From Phoronis australis (lineage: Eukaryota; Animalia; Phoronida), in contig NMRA01000118.1 of NCBI GenBank assembly GCA_002633005.1, positions 558,707-622,706 on the forward strand: a stretch of 64,000 nt of DNA, in the 5' to 3' direction. The notes under the pieces were generated by a model. It had not been told where the DNA came from and made no database searches. It worked only from the letters and a program-made list of their open reading frames with translations. Made by a program: the position numbers and the translations under genes. Shown here one piece after another: positions 1-12,800 of this stretch; the stretch's first letter is position 1; each line of letters starts with the position of its first letter.

Positions 1-783
1 CAGCCGATGACAAACTGTTGATGAATAACAAACAGAGGAAAGTCACTCTGGCATGTCACTGACGACTACACGCATTAAAGAATTCAAAGAAAACAAAAAC
101 ATCACCAATTTAACATACGGTATGGCTGACAAGTGAAATTTCAGTTTGTCATTTTTTGAAAAAAAATAAGTAGCATCAAATAAAGCCAATCTGAAAGGTC
201 TATGCAGAGATAACTTCAGACAATGTTTCAGAGAAATTGTGGACATTTAAAACAATGGTATGAGCTTCTGAAAAAAGATAAATTTGGCGCAATAGGTGAG
301 ATTTTACCCTTATGTTAATTTTTGAATGTCACCACACATTTCAAAAATTGACTATAATCATGGTAAATACAAGTTGAATACTATGATAAAGTAGCGCAAT
401 TTTAGGGCAAGAATAAATATAATTTCTAAAATAAGTTTTCCATGGTCCACGAAATGTGTACAAGGTCCAAAACTGATTTTGAGTGTCCGGAAATTGCGAG
501 ACTATACTGTACCTTTTCATTGAGTATGTGACCTGTCTTCACTGTAGGTCATCTTAACTCGTTTTCCACTGAAATTTTCTTATTATTGAATGGAATCTGT
601 GCTATTTGAAAATTAATTTCATATTTCAATTTAAATCTAATTTTCTTCATTTTTTGCCACAACTTTAATAAGTAAAAGTGAGCAGCTTCAACACAATTTT
701 TTTGACTTATTTTAACAGTTGGTAACAGTAAAAGTCAGACTCGTAAGAATGAAATATTTTACTAACTTAGTAGTCAAGCTCAC

Positions 784-886
784 CTTTATTAACAGTTTAT
801 ATTCGTTCCAGAACTCAGCCAGACTGACACGGATGGTGGATAGGCTGCACGGGCCGTATGATTCTGAACCCTGTATGTGCTGACAC
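784..886 (-). CDS. SEL1L3: SEL1L3-like exon 21 (CQHIQGSESYGPCSLSTIRV...LLIK)
   Basis: Similar to SEL1L3 CWSHSNEESFSPCSLA; tag acceptor, gtgagc donor. Confidence 0.88.
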
Positions 887-3800
887 CTATAGGGAAACAC
901 ATACATTACCAAGTCAACAACATTTTTAAGGATAGTTCGGGACTGGTTTATGGTGCCAGTACTGTAGCGAATACCAAAACAAAAATTACCAGACAGTAAA
1001 GTATCCAAATGAAGTTTAAGTATTTGGTGCCGATCAGTCAATACCTAGAACACTGAAGATGTGCTTGGTTAAATATTTTCATTAATTGTTTTCCGAATCA
1101 GCCATATATGACACAAAAAAAATCATGGGTGAAATCAAGCTCTTTGAGAATGAAAAGCTTTTGGCGCATCTTCAGTTTACAATATTGTGTCGTTGACTGT
1201 CTCATTCTGAATGTTAGCCAAGTACTTTCAAAGATGAAATACAGTTTAGTAAACTTAAACTTACCCTATTTAAGAAAAAATGAACAGAGTGTTTGAATGT
1301 TTGTTTCATTTTCATAGTATGAAGGTAATAATCATTCACTGATCATGCTTAATAACAACTCATAATATGTCTCTCATAGAAATGCAATAACATGTGAATG
1401 GCTGCTAACTCAGCACACGATCCAAAGCCTGGGTGTATATTGCCGACTCCTTTAAAAAGAGAAATGACTTGCATGTTTTTTTTTTGTAAAAATACTTATA
1501 GTTTCGAGTGCATACTGGCATTTTACAAGTAACAGCAAAGTTAGTGAGTGCTGCATGTTGCAGTGGGTTATGGTGTCTCAAGTGCCTTGGTACATTGTTA
1601 GTGAGTGCTGCATGTTGCAGTGGGTTATGGTGTCTCAAGTGCCTTGGTACATTGTTAGTGAGTGCTGCATGTTGCAGTGGGTTATGGTGTCTCAAGTGCC
1701 TTGTTACATTGTTAGTGAGTGCTGCATGTTGCAGTGGGTTATGGTGTCTCAAGTGCCTTGTTACATTGTTATTCTTCTGACAATTGATCGGTTTGGGTTT
1801 TATAATAATAGTTGAGTTCCGATTTTTAACAACACGTTGCGTCTTTTAGAACCCTCGAGAACACCCAACTAAATATCACGCTGCACTCTACAAAATAATA
1901 GCCAAAATCAATTTGCAAATATGTTTCAGTGATAGTATTCAATATCAGTATTGAGCAAGTATCGGAATCAAATTGCCAACCTTTGCTAATCAAAAAACAT
2001 AGCACAGCATTTATTCAAACTAGACTGCAGAATAATATTTATAATAGATTGTTAACAGTACAACAATCAATGCTCTTTCAACAGACACACGCAATGTATT
2101 TTATTATAAAAATTTCTCAAGAAAAATAAACATTGTAAAGAGCAATAGAAAGATATGTACTACAGTTAGTATAGAGCAGAAACAGTGAATGACATGTAGG
2201 CTCTAGTGGATTCTGCAGGATATTCAGTCACGTGTTATTTTTAAACGTAACACTTCCTGTGTCAATTATTACGCCAAGTTTCAAAGCATTTCCTAAATAC
2301 TTTTACTGAAGCCTATGTGTGAAAGACATATAAAGGGGCCTTTTGAATTTGGAAATTGGATAGCTTAACGATCAAGATGTTCTCAAAGCAGATAAGTCAA
2401 AGAAAGCTCACCTGGTATAAAGATGTTTTAACAGCGTGTAATAGTCAAGTCTAGCACTTTCTGGCACATTGATGATGTCCCATATACCATCAGGTATGTG
2501 TGCACCATCTTCTACAAGCTGGGCCAGATTATAGAAACCCTGGGGCTCCTGTCTGATGGCAGCCTGCACGTAAAACTCCGCAGAGAGAGTCACGTTCGTA
2601 ACCTGGGGGCAGCCATACCAGTAACAATCGCCCATTTTGAGAAGAGCTAGAAATTTAGTTAGAACCTTTCAGGTACTAGTTACTAGCGTGTAGTAACAGT
2701 GGTAACGGATAATTAAAAAAAACAATGCCTTGTTGAAAATTTATTGATTCCTATAATCAGAGTCCTTGTACAGAGCATGTGTGAGACATTATCGTGTTAT
2801 CACAACGAACTTCACAGAGGCAAAGATAAACTCCCTGTAGATTATTTTTTCATTCTTGAATTCTAACTTTATCACAGTAACAGTCCATCAGCTCGTATGG
2901 TGGGCGAGAATGTGCCAAAATAACATTTACTTGGTATCTGTATGCACACACTTACAGTAAGTATTCCAAAACTGGGGCTCCCTCAACACAGTCAGATTGT
3001 AGTTGGACCACATGCTTTCTTTGCGCATATATCGTTTTACATCTTTCTGCAAGAAATTACAAAGAGGGCTACTTTCAGGACCATGTTTTGATAAAATGAT
3101 TCATCACACAGAGAATGGAACCCAAAAAGTACTCACAAAATAAACATACAACCTTCTTGTGATCAATGCAACAAGAAACCACCCTCTCATGGTCAATGCA
3201 TCAAAAAAAGACTAAATTGCAAAAAACTTCAAACTGTCTCCATGGGTTAAGTGTCAGTGTTGCATGACACCAAGAACATGGTTCAATAGTGACAACATGA
3301 CACAAGATATTGTGGTCATTGTCATCTATAGTGTACAACCTAAATGGCGCTGTTCATCCCGTAAGAGAGTTTTCACAAAAACTTAATAGTGAAACAACAG
3401 GCAACTTGATCAATGGCAAGATGAGTTCAAACTCACGACCTTAGCAGTCACAGTATGACAGTTTGCTGGCAGAGCTACATGACCACAGCAGTCACAGTAT
3501 GACACTTTACTGACAAAGCTAAGCCCTATTCAGTAAGTGGGCACGTATTCAAAGCCAATTTAACTGATAAAAACACTGGGCTGGATTTCACTAAATGACC
3601 AACAGCAATAAAACCGCACACAACAAAACAGATTTTGTATAATAGCACAGATCAAGACTAACATCCAGAATCCAATCTCATACAACAATAATCCTAAAAA
3701 TGATTTTATGACCTATAACTGATTAATGTACCCTTAGCACATAAAATCCACTTCTGAAAAGCAATTAACAAACTGAACCACAACTGTGTGTGTGTTGCTA

Positions 3801-6800
3801 TGGTAACTTTAAACCTCTGAATGCTTATTTAGTGTTGCAGTATTATGCAGCTGAAGCCCTGATACAAAATCTTACTAATTGACCCATTTTTAAAGTTAAA
3901 ATTGCAAATTTAAATCCGCAGTGTGAATAAATGCCAGAGGCAAGATGAGGACTGGGGTTCGTTTAATATACACTGTGACAGCTGTGACTAAGGACAACCT
4001 TCAACACAGATGGATTACACACCACCACCACATACATATCCCAATGCACAAGTTAGTGAAGGATGTTCTTTGCTTGAATGTACCAATACCCTGGTATTTT
4101 TGTAATTTTAGCAAAACTGAATAAAAGCAAACAGGACGTCTTTCTATTCTATGTAGACGACATAAGCACCCGACAGAGTGGGATTGAGATAATATGAACA
4201 TGAGAAATAAATGCAAGGACAAACTGTTTTCACTCCACATACAAAATTAATGTCTATTTAATAAAACCAGCCCAGCGACTGTGAAGTACTCATTACTGAA
4301 TTCAAAGAATATGAATCCTACTTACTGTGAACTGCTCTGTGAGATACGCTACATTAAACTGTCCAACTTGAAGACCGGCATGTGCTGCCATCACGTAGTA
4401 GAGAAAGGAAACAGTCCTGTAATAACAGTGATGACAACACATAACAGTTTATGAACCATCATAATCAAGGCAACACTAAACAAAAACAACTATCAACAGC
4501 ATGTACTACACCACAACACAAACTGCAGGGTCCAAGTTAAGGTTCAAAAGATTGTCTTTTAGCTCAAACATCAACAAGTAAGGTCTGTAAGTAAAATTAC
4601 TATGAATCATATATCTAGAGGTCCTGAGTGTTTGCAACAGATGGAATGCACAAATTAAGGTGACAACATTTACGGAATTAGACGGAATTCACACATTTCA
4701 GTAGAACATACCACAATAAATTGTAATATTTTGGATTTTAATTAATAAAAATTACGAACATAATCCATCAAAATCTCACATTCAGGTCACAAATTTAGTC
4801 ACGACCATTTTGCAGTGGATAGGTTCAAGCTGTTGTTTCGTCTTTCTAAAGGCAGTACTGATCTTTTCCTGGTTTTGAGAAATACTGTCACATGTCGCGC
4901 AGCAAGTTATTGGTAAAACAGGAGCTGCTGTATAATTCAATGAAAGAGTAAAGGCAATTCCCAATATTTTCTTCATAACTGAACTGGGATATTAACATGA
5001 AATTGACCAATGTACGAAACAGAAAAATAAGAATTTTAGATTCTTCTAAAGGATTTTTCTGTTTTTGAAAATGGAAAACCAGAGATCAGTCTTTCCATAA
5101 CTCATTTCAAACACCATGGTTGGCATTTGTGTAATAACTCAATCAACAAAGGGCCTATGCTATTTGCTAGCGTGAAGGATGCAATGTTGAATGCAGAACA
5201 GGTCGAAGATCCCAGCAACAATTAAGTGTGCTCTAAATCCACACTATGATTACCATTGGCCATCCCTGTATGCTTTCACTCCTCGTCTTAGCAAGTTACC
5301 AAGGGCGGGGTTCATCTCCGCTATGTAACGAGCCCAACTGCAACAGGAACACAGAATGAAGGTAATCAATGACAGAAATCTCCACTTAGTGGAACTATTA
5401 GTAATCAAAATAATATTCGTAAAATTGCTTCATAACACTTCAGTATTAACATTCCAAAACATTTCAGATTTGGAAACTCCAACATAAAAAGTTGTACTTA
5501 CTCTGCAGCATATTTGGGTGAGTAAGGCTTCGCTAGAGGGTGTCCTCGCGCACAGTACATAGCCACCATGATGCCGGATTCCAACTGGTTGTTGTTGGCA
5601 GCCCAGGCAAAGAACTCGTACGCCTTCATCTGTAAAAAGCCAAAGAATAATTTTGTTCTCATCTATCAGGTCACAACACAGAAATCCTTCTGAGAGTAGG
5701 TTCATGCTTCACGGCAAGTCATACTTTAATTGTCACATCTCAAATTTCCAAAATGTCACAAGGAATTTTTTGTTGCTTTTTGCATTGTTTAAGTTACATT
5801 AAGGTTAAAATTTGTTTTTATCACATTTGAGACACAATATATGTCAGTGATAACAAGGAAGACAATAATTAATTCTACAATTTGTGAGAAAAAGGAACAA
5901 TCACTTGATGCAAACATCAAAAGCCTAGGCCAAGGCCTAGCAGAATATAATACAGTACATGCCTGACTAAACTAAAATGTCTCAAAATACTACAGGGTTT
6001 CAGGCAAACAAGTTTTGTAACAGGATGTCAGAGAGAATCCATTCTCTGCTCTTCATGATGCAATCACAGAGACTTCAGAGAGTATGAAAAGGTCAATGCT
6101 ATTGTCACTGCTTTGAATAAGCTCGTCCAAAGGTGAAATTGTGAAAGCAAAAGTCTTGACTTGTTAGGCAACTCTTATCTTAACACCCTCAGCTTAATAT
6201 TCCTATGGGTGTGCAACCACACACCACCCATCAAATAAAGACTTATGGTTTGCTCAGAAATTTTGATCGTCACGTTGGTATTAAAACCCCTAGGAAGTCT
6301 GTCTGGCAGATTTTGGGCGAAAAGGCCCAGTTGTCAGTTTTTCAATTCAAGTGTACACATTGTTCATTTTCCAATACTGACAAATGTATGGCATTTCTAA
6401 GGGCCAAGACTTTCGCATTTTCCTTGTTTTGGAGACCTTATTTCCCATTTGGCCAGCTGTGAATTTTGCTTGGCAAGTTTACGTTATTCAAAGTGTCGAG
6501 AACTCTAACACGGTGACTTTTCAAAGCAGCAGAGTGTTTCTTGGCGGCAAGTATAAACAAAAAATAAATTGGCTTATTCACATTCATCTGTCTTTCCATT
6601 ATGGACAAAACGTTGTACCAAGCCTGAAATATTTGTGAACAATATACGCTATGGACCAGAATTTAGTGGTCATGAGAAAGAACAGAGAATGAATTTCCTG
6701 TTAATCATAAACTGCCAACAAGCCAAGTTTGTCCTACCCTGTCAATTGGACTATTTGGGAACTTCCCGTTCTGGTACATGTGACCAATGTTGTGAGCTGC

Positions 6801-9800
6801 GTCCACGTTGCCCATTCTGTACGCCTTCTCAAAATTTTCCGCGGCCTTCGCATAGTCCTTGCTCTGTTCCAGGTAGTACGCACCTAAAGCCGTCAAGGCC
6901 TCGGGTCGACCTTTGGCCGCAGCTAGCTCCAATTGCCTCAAACCTTCGTCAATATTTTGGGTGACACCTTGGCCCTTTGAAAGTAAAGAATAATGTACTT
7001 CAATATTTACAGTACGCCATATGGCATGCTATGAACATTCCCACTAAATAAAATTGGTTCTAACCCCGGTGTTTAAGGTAAACGGCGGGGTATGGAAAAT
7101 TGAACTAGACCGTATTTATCCACCTTGGCTGAGACGCGCTCGGCTCATGCTCAAAGGGATGCCGCCAAGCTGCTCTATTCATCGAGTCACGAGCGAGGAT
7201 AATTGACTTCGCTCATGCGGATATGATCAGCTGATTACAGTCTAGCCTAACAACTGTACTTTTTATGGAGAGAATTTTANNNNNNNNNNNNNNNNNNNNN
7301 NNNNNNNNNNNNNNNNNNNNNNNNNNNNNNNNNNNNNNNNNNNNNNNNNNNNNNNNNNNNNNNNNNNNNNNNNNNNNNNNNNNNNNNNNNNNNNNNNNNN
7401 NNNNNNNNNNNNNNNNNNNNNNNNNNNNNNNNNNNNNNNNNNNNNNNNNNNNNNNNNNNNNNNNNNNNNNNNNNNNNNNNNNNNNNNNNNNNNNNNNNNN
7501 NNNNNNNNNNNNNNNNNNNNNNNNNNNNNNNNNNNNNNNNNNNNNNNNNNNNNNNNNNNNNNNNNNNNNNNNNNNNNNNNNNNNNNNNNNNNNNNNNNNN
7601 NNNNNNNNNNNNNNNNNNNNNNNNNNNNNNNNNNNNNNNNNNNNNNNNNNNNNNNNNNNNNNNNNNNNNNNNNNNNNNNNNNNNNNNNNNNNNNNNNNNN
7701 NNNNNNNNNNNNNNNNNNNNNNNNNNNNNNNNNNNNNNNNNNNNNNNNNNNNNNNNNNNNNNNNNNNNNNNNNNNNNNNNNNNNNNNNNNNNNNNNNNNN
7801 NNNNNNNNNNNNNNNNNNNNNNNNNNNNNNNNNNNNNNNNNNNNNNNNNNNNNNNNNNNNNNNNNNNNNNNNNNNNNNNNNNNNNNNNNNNNNNNNNNNN
7901 NNNNNNNNNNNNNNNNNNNNNNNNNNNNNNNNNNNNNNNNNNNNNNNNNNNNNNNNNNNNNNNNNNNNNNNNNNNNNNNNNNNNNNNNNNNNNNNNNNNN
8001 NNNNNNNNNNNNNNNNNNNNNNNNNNNNNNNNNNNNNNNNNNNNNNNNNNNNNNNNNNNNNNNNNNNNNNNNNNNNNTACAATAAGAATCCCCTCCCCGT
8101 GAAATGATTTTTTCTAAGCGTTTATTAGAGCCAATACAGTATACAGCTTTCCACCAAGGCTAGATGATACTACGACACTATTCTTTGTTGCATTAGTAAC
8201 TGGTCTTGGCTAATATTATCATTTTATGGCCTGATCATCCATTCAGCCAAAAGTAGTTCCAGAGGTGGCTTATCAGCCAATTATTCACGCATGCTGACTC
8301 ACAATAGAAGCCTGATAAGAGTGAAGGTGGATAAATGCGGTGTTCCTACAGTTTCTTGTTTTAGTGGATGTGTTCATGACATGGTGATAAGAAAGAGTCT
8401 TCTCAACACTTAAGGCCTCCGAGGGCCCCATGGAAGGCAGTGTGAACTGATAGGACTACCCTCACTGTAAATATTACATTAATAAATTATAAATAAGTAA
8501 AACTAATTGTCGAGAAATCTGGCGAAATAAAATTCTACACGCCAAGCACTTTACAGCTGAATGGGACTATTTCAGGGGTGCTCTTATGGCTTCTTCCCAA
8601 CTCTCAGTAAATGTGCAAATAATTACGTATATCTAGTATCTACACAGAGTTCTTACGACTAAATTCATTGGATTATTTGAAGAGTACTCCCATATGGCAT
8701 CTAGCTACCTCCCAGTGTATAAAACTTCGATAATCCCGGGTATCTACCAACATAGAATTCTCGCAAACGTAACATACACCGTGAATCATGATAAGTTGGA
8801 TTCACAAGAGACAGTTCCTTGCTTCAAAAGTTGTGCTCGTTTCTTAACTCAAAAGCATGATGACGTTTCCATCTTACAAAAGCTACTTTCTTCACAGCTC
8901 GGAATATGCGGCCATTCATGCTTCTCCATATTGACAACAGTATGTACTATTTAGCCGAAAATAGCTGGAATTAGATGAAGTAAGCAATTCACAAACCACA
9001 CAAGTCATTGCTTACAGATTAGGCGTGTGACACACATATTGATAGAAGAGGCTCCACGATTTGCCGATTATCAGTCCACTATTTCGAGAATAAAATGAAG
9101 TGGGTTTTCTGAAATCGTAGCTCAACTTTTTTGGCTAAAATTATGGTTTTACAATATATTTTTTTTAATTTCTAACTTTAAAATCTTGTTCCTCTTCCAT
9201 TTCGACTACAAATCGGCATATTTAGTGACAAACAAGCGGATTAATAATCTCTCTTGGATTTACTGAATTCGCATATTTTTGCCTGGCTGTGCGTACTTGC
9301 GTACTGAAGGTTTGATTTCTGTAGGTCTGCAGGGATAATCCCAGGTATCTACCAACATTGAATTTTTATGTCCGAGTGGGATTATTTGAAGGGCACTCTT
9401 ATGGGTTCTTCCCATCTCCCAGTTAATATCTCGGTAATCTTGTAAATATCTACCAAAGAACACCTAAATCGTCCAACTGAATGGAATTACTAGAAGAGTT
9501 CTTACTCTTACGGCTTCTCTCCATCTCCCAGTGAATATGTTGAGAATCTTGTATATCTACTGACATTTGAAGTCGTAAGATTGAATGCAACTATCCGAAA
9601 ACCCTTCTTTTATCTCGGGCGAATGTGTCAACAATTACACAAACACTTGGAAAAACAATTGAATGCATTGGAGAGAACTCTCATGGTTTCTTGCCATCTC
9701 CTAGTTCATCCGTCAATAATCTGGTTCAACTATTGACAATGAATTCTTTTGACTGAAAGAGATTACTTGAAGACTAACGCAATCATGGTTTCTTCCTATG

Positions 9801-12800
9801 TCCCAGTGAGTATGTCAACAACCGAGTGTACCCAAAGTTGAACGCAAGAATTCTCACAGCTTTTTCCAGTGAATGTGTCAGCAACCACATCTATCCAATA
9901 GCATTCGATTTCTGCTATTGCTGTTTTCAAAATAAACTCAACAACTACTGTTGGCATGGTTTCCTCTTCATCACCCACTGTATTTGCTATAGCATTGTAA
10001 CTTAAAGAAATAATTTTTCTGCCCACCTTCCAATAAGCATCTTACCTTCATCAGCACAAGGCCATAGTCCAGCTGAGCCACGGGGTCACCACCCTTTATG
10101 GCACTCTCCTTGTACAACTCTGCCGCCTTCTTCAAGTCGCGTTTGACGCCCTGCTGACCCCAGAACATCAGACGGGCCAAGTTGTGCTGCACAAAAACAT
10201 CGGTGTTTTAAGTTAATGGTATGAGTAGACATCTGCACATCCTCTGGTGATTTGACAACTACAACACAAACTTTGATACAGACAAGAGAGTCATGATGGC
10301 AAAACAAGTTCCCACAAATTCATGACGAATTGTTCAGACACCACGAATAACTGAAATCTCAATATGAAGGTCTTGTGGAAGGGACAATTGCGGTAGGAGC
10401 AAATAGGCAAGAAGTTCATTTGCTAAGGCCAGACAGTTTTTTGACCTGAGTAGCCTGCTTAATCTGTTGCCTGCCAAAGGCTGGAGTATGTGCTGTAAAA
10501 CAGCCAGTATTTTCATCTGCCACATCTACCTTACACTCCATAGGTTTACATTTGACCTCCTATCATATAAATCAATACTCCATTTGAGCTACACATTCAA
10601 AAACCATGACAGTTATTTCATAAGTATGACCACCAGAGGTCAGCCCACACCTGTGCTGAAGTGACCCCCTGCTTGGCTTGATGTTTCATCCACATAAACA
10701 GGTGACCATCTTCATCAGTTTGCTCTTCAATACGCTTCTCGTCCGTCAAATACACAGACTCAAAGAATACCTGGTGAACAAAGTAAATCTTACGAGATCA
10801 ACAGTTTCCAAATATTTCTTTTAGTTTCAACACGGTTTCAATAAAACTATTTCCAATAGCGGATTTGCAGCGCAAACGAACTACGCATTGCGCATGTGCG
10901 AGTTACTTCCTGCGCGAAGGCTCATGGGATAGCTTGTGGTCAGGCCGTGTCTTGAGCAGGCTGGATAGTGTGTGCATTTGGAGTGATTTGCAAACTAAAA
11001 ACCATGTTTCATTTTTTGCTTTATAATACCAAGCAAGTCCTCTCTCTCGTTTGTAAACACAGCGTAGCTATGATCAGTGACCGTGTGACCGAGGGCACGA
11101 CTGTCGTCATGTTCAGTATTGGGGCTATCGGCGTTGTTTTCGAAATCTCCTCCGGTTTTAGACAAGTTGAGACTTCTTGGGTTGCTTAACTGTTGTAGCT
11201 TTAGCCGTGGATATGCTAGAGACGTTAATTTTAAGAGGAAACTCCGTCAGAATGTTGTTCTCATACGTCTTTTTTCCACCAGGAAAATGTTCGCTGCACA
11301 CACGATGGCACCTAGGCAATTACATCGCACTGGATGCTGCGGCCATTCATTGGCGATAGTACATCCTCACAAAAAGTTACTCATTTCAAAATACAGCAAA
11401 TAAAATCAAATGAACCATACATATAGGAACACGGAGTTATAATTAACACATACCACGACTCTGGATACAATTTATTCAGCAAAACTTGAACAAATCGATG
11501 AAAATCTGTCGCGGTTTGCTCGAGTTTCTCTCAGTTAACGCGGGTGCCATTTTGAGGAAGTTACGTGAAATTACGCATGTTGACGAATAAAAAGTCCAAG
11601 GGACACACATCTTACAAGTTTCACCCGATACCTTCTCATGCTATTTTGGTGTCGCGCGCTAGCGTCACGCGCTTCGCTCAGTCTCGCGCTAACCCGCTTT
11701 GCCTCACTCACGTGATTCAGTTGACGTGCTTTGTGGTTATCGCGCACGCGGTGATAAAATTAACGGCAGCCAAAAAAGTGAAGTTGTAATTTTTCGCCAA
11801 AGTCAACTTAATTCTCACAACTAAGCTTCATCAAAGATATGTATAGAAGTAGAAAGGACCAATGATGAAAGTAAGCGTTTTTTTTAAATGATAGTTTTAA
11901 GTGTAGAATGTATTTTTGACGAGGTGAAAACTCGAAATCGGTAACACAAATCCGGTCACTGCCCGTTTGAAATACACTGAAGTAACGAAATGAGTACAGA
12001 AAGCGAATGGAAGTATTGTAGCCCCTAGATGGCCCCGCGTTGGTTTGAAATGCGCTAAATCTCCCCTTACTCCCAGCTCTCCTAATGTTGTTTATCCATT
12101 TTTCACGAAATTCTTGGCTTGCAGGGAACTCATAAAAATTCAGATTTTTATCTCTCTTGTTTTTGAAGCAGCCAGGAACACAACAAGTGTATTCGCGTAA
12201 GTTTTCTTAGCGCTCATACCGCTTATTATGCTTGTTACTATGGCCGCTTTCGGAATCCTGACCACAGCACCCACAATGCACCATTTTAACCTAATTTCAA
12301 TATGGCGTCGCTGCAAATCCGCTATTTCAATCAATGTGCATCAGAAAGGTCTCCATGCAGTATCCAGTCTTTACATGTCATGGAAAATTAATTTTAAGTT
12401 TTGACTATAGCAAGCTTTCTCACATGAGTTTGCTTTGTATTCTCCCAATCCCATCCAATTTAGATACAAAAAGAGGCAGGAAATTACATTGTAAAAATTA
12501 ATTACAAAAAATGTGAAGTAACTGTTCCATTTGACTTATTGATACTGTAACAGACCACCTTTGTTGCCATGAACCAAATTCTTAATAATAATACTATGTT
12601 AAGTACCAATAGCAGACATGCAGAATTATTCATGTTTAAAGTCCTTGATCGCAAAATCTTAATTAACTGAAAGCAATGTCCAGATGTTTGTAATCCAACG
12701 ATAACTTTTTTTGAAAATAATGTGATTTCACCGCAATCGCTGTATTCTCCACAGTTTACACAAACTTCTTGAATGAAACCAGCAGCAACATTTTGTTAAC

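Noticed and set aside
43-246. Possible final (transmembrane) SEL1L3 exon
   Set aside because: The best acceptor (ttgtcag near 126) gives an early stop in the required phase 0, and the hydrophobic ORF is in another frame; unsupported
1405-1815. Repetitive Cys/His-rich ORFs on both strands
   Set aside because: They arise from the 57-bp intronic minisatellite; no splice or homology support
7213-8107. Long ORFs of 277-386 aa here and at 51897-53089 and 56035-57359
   Set aside because: They are translations of N gaps
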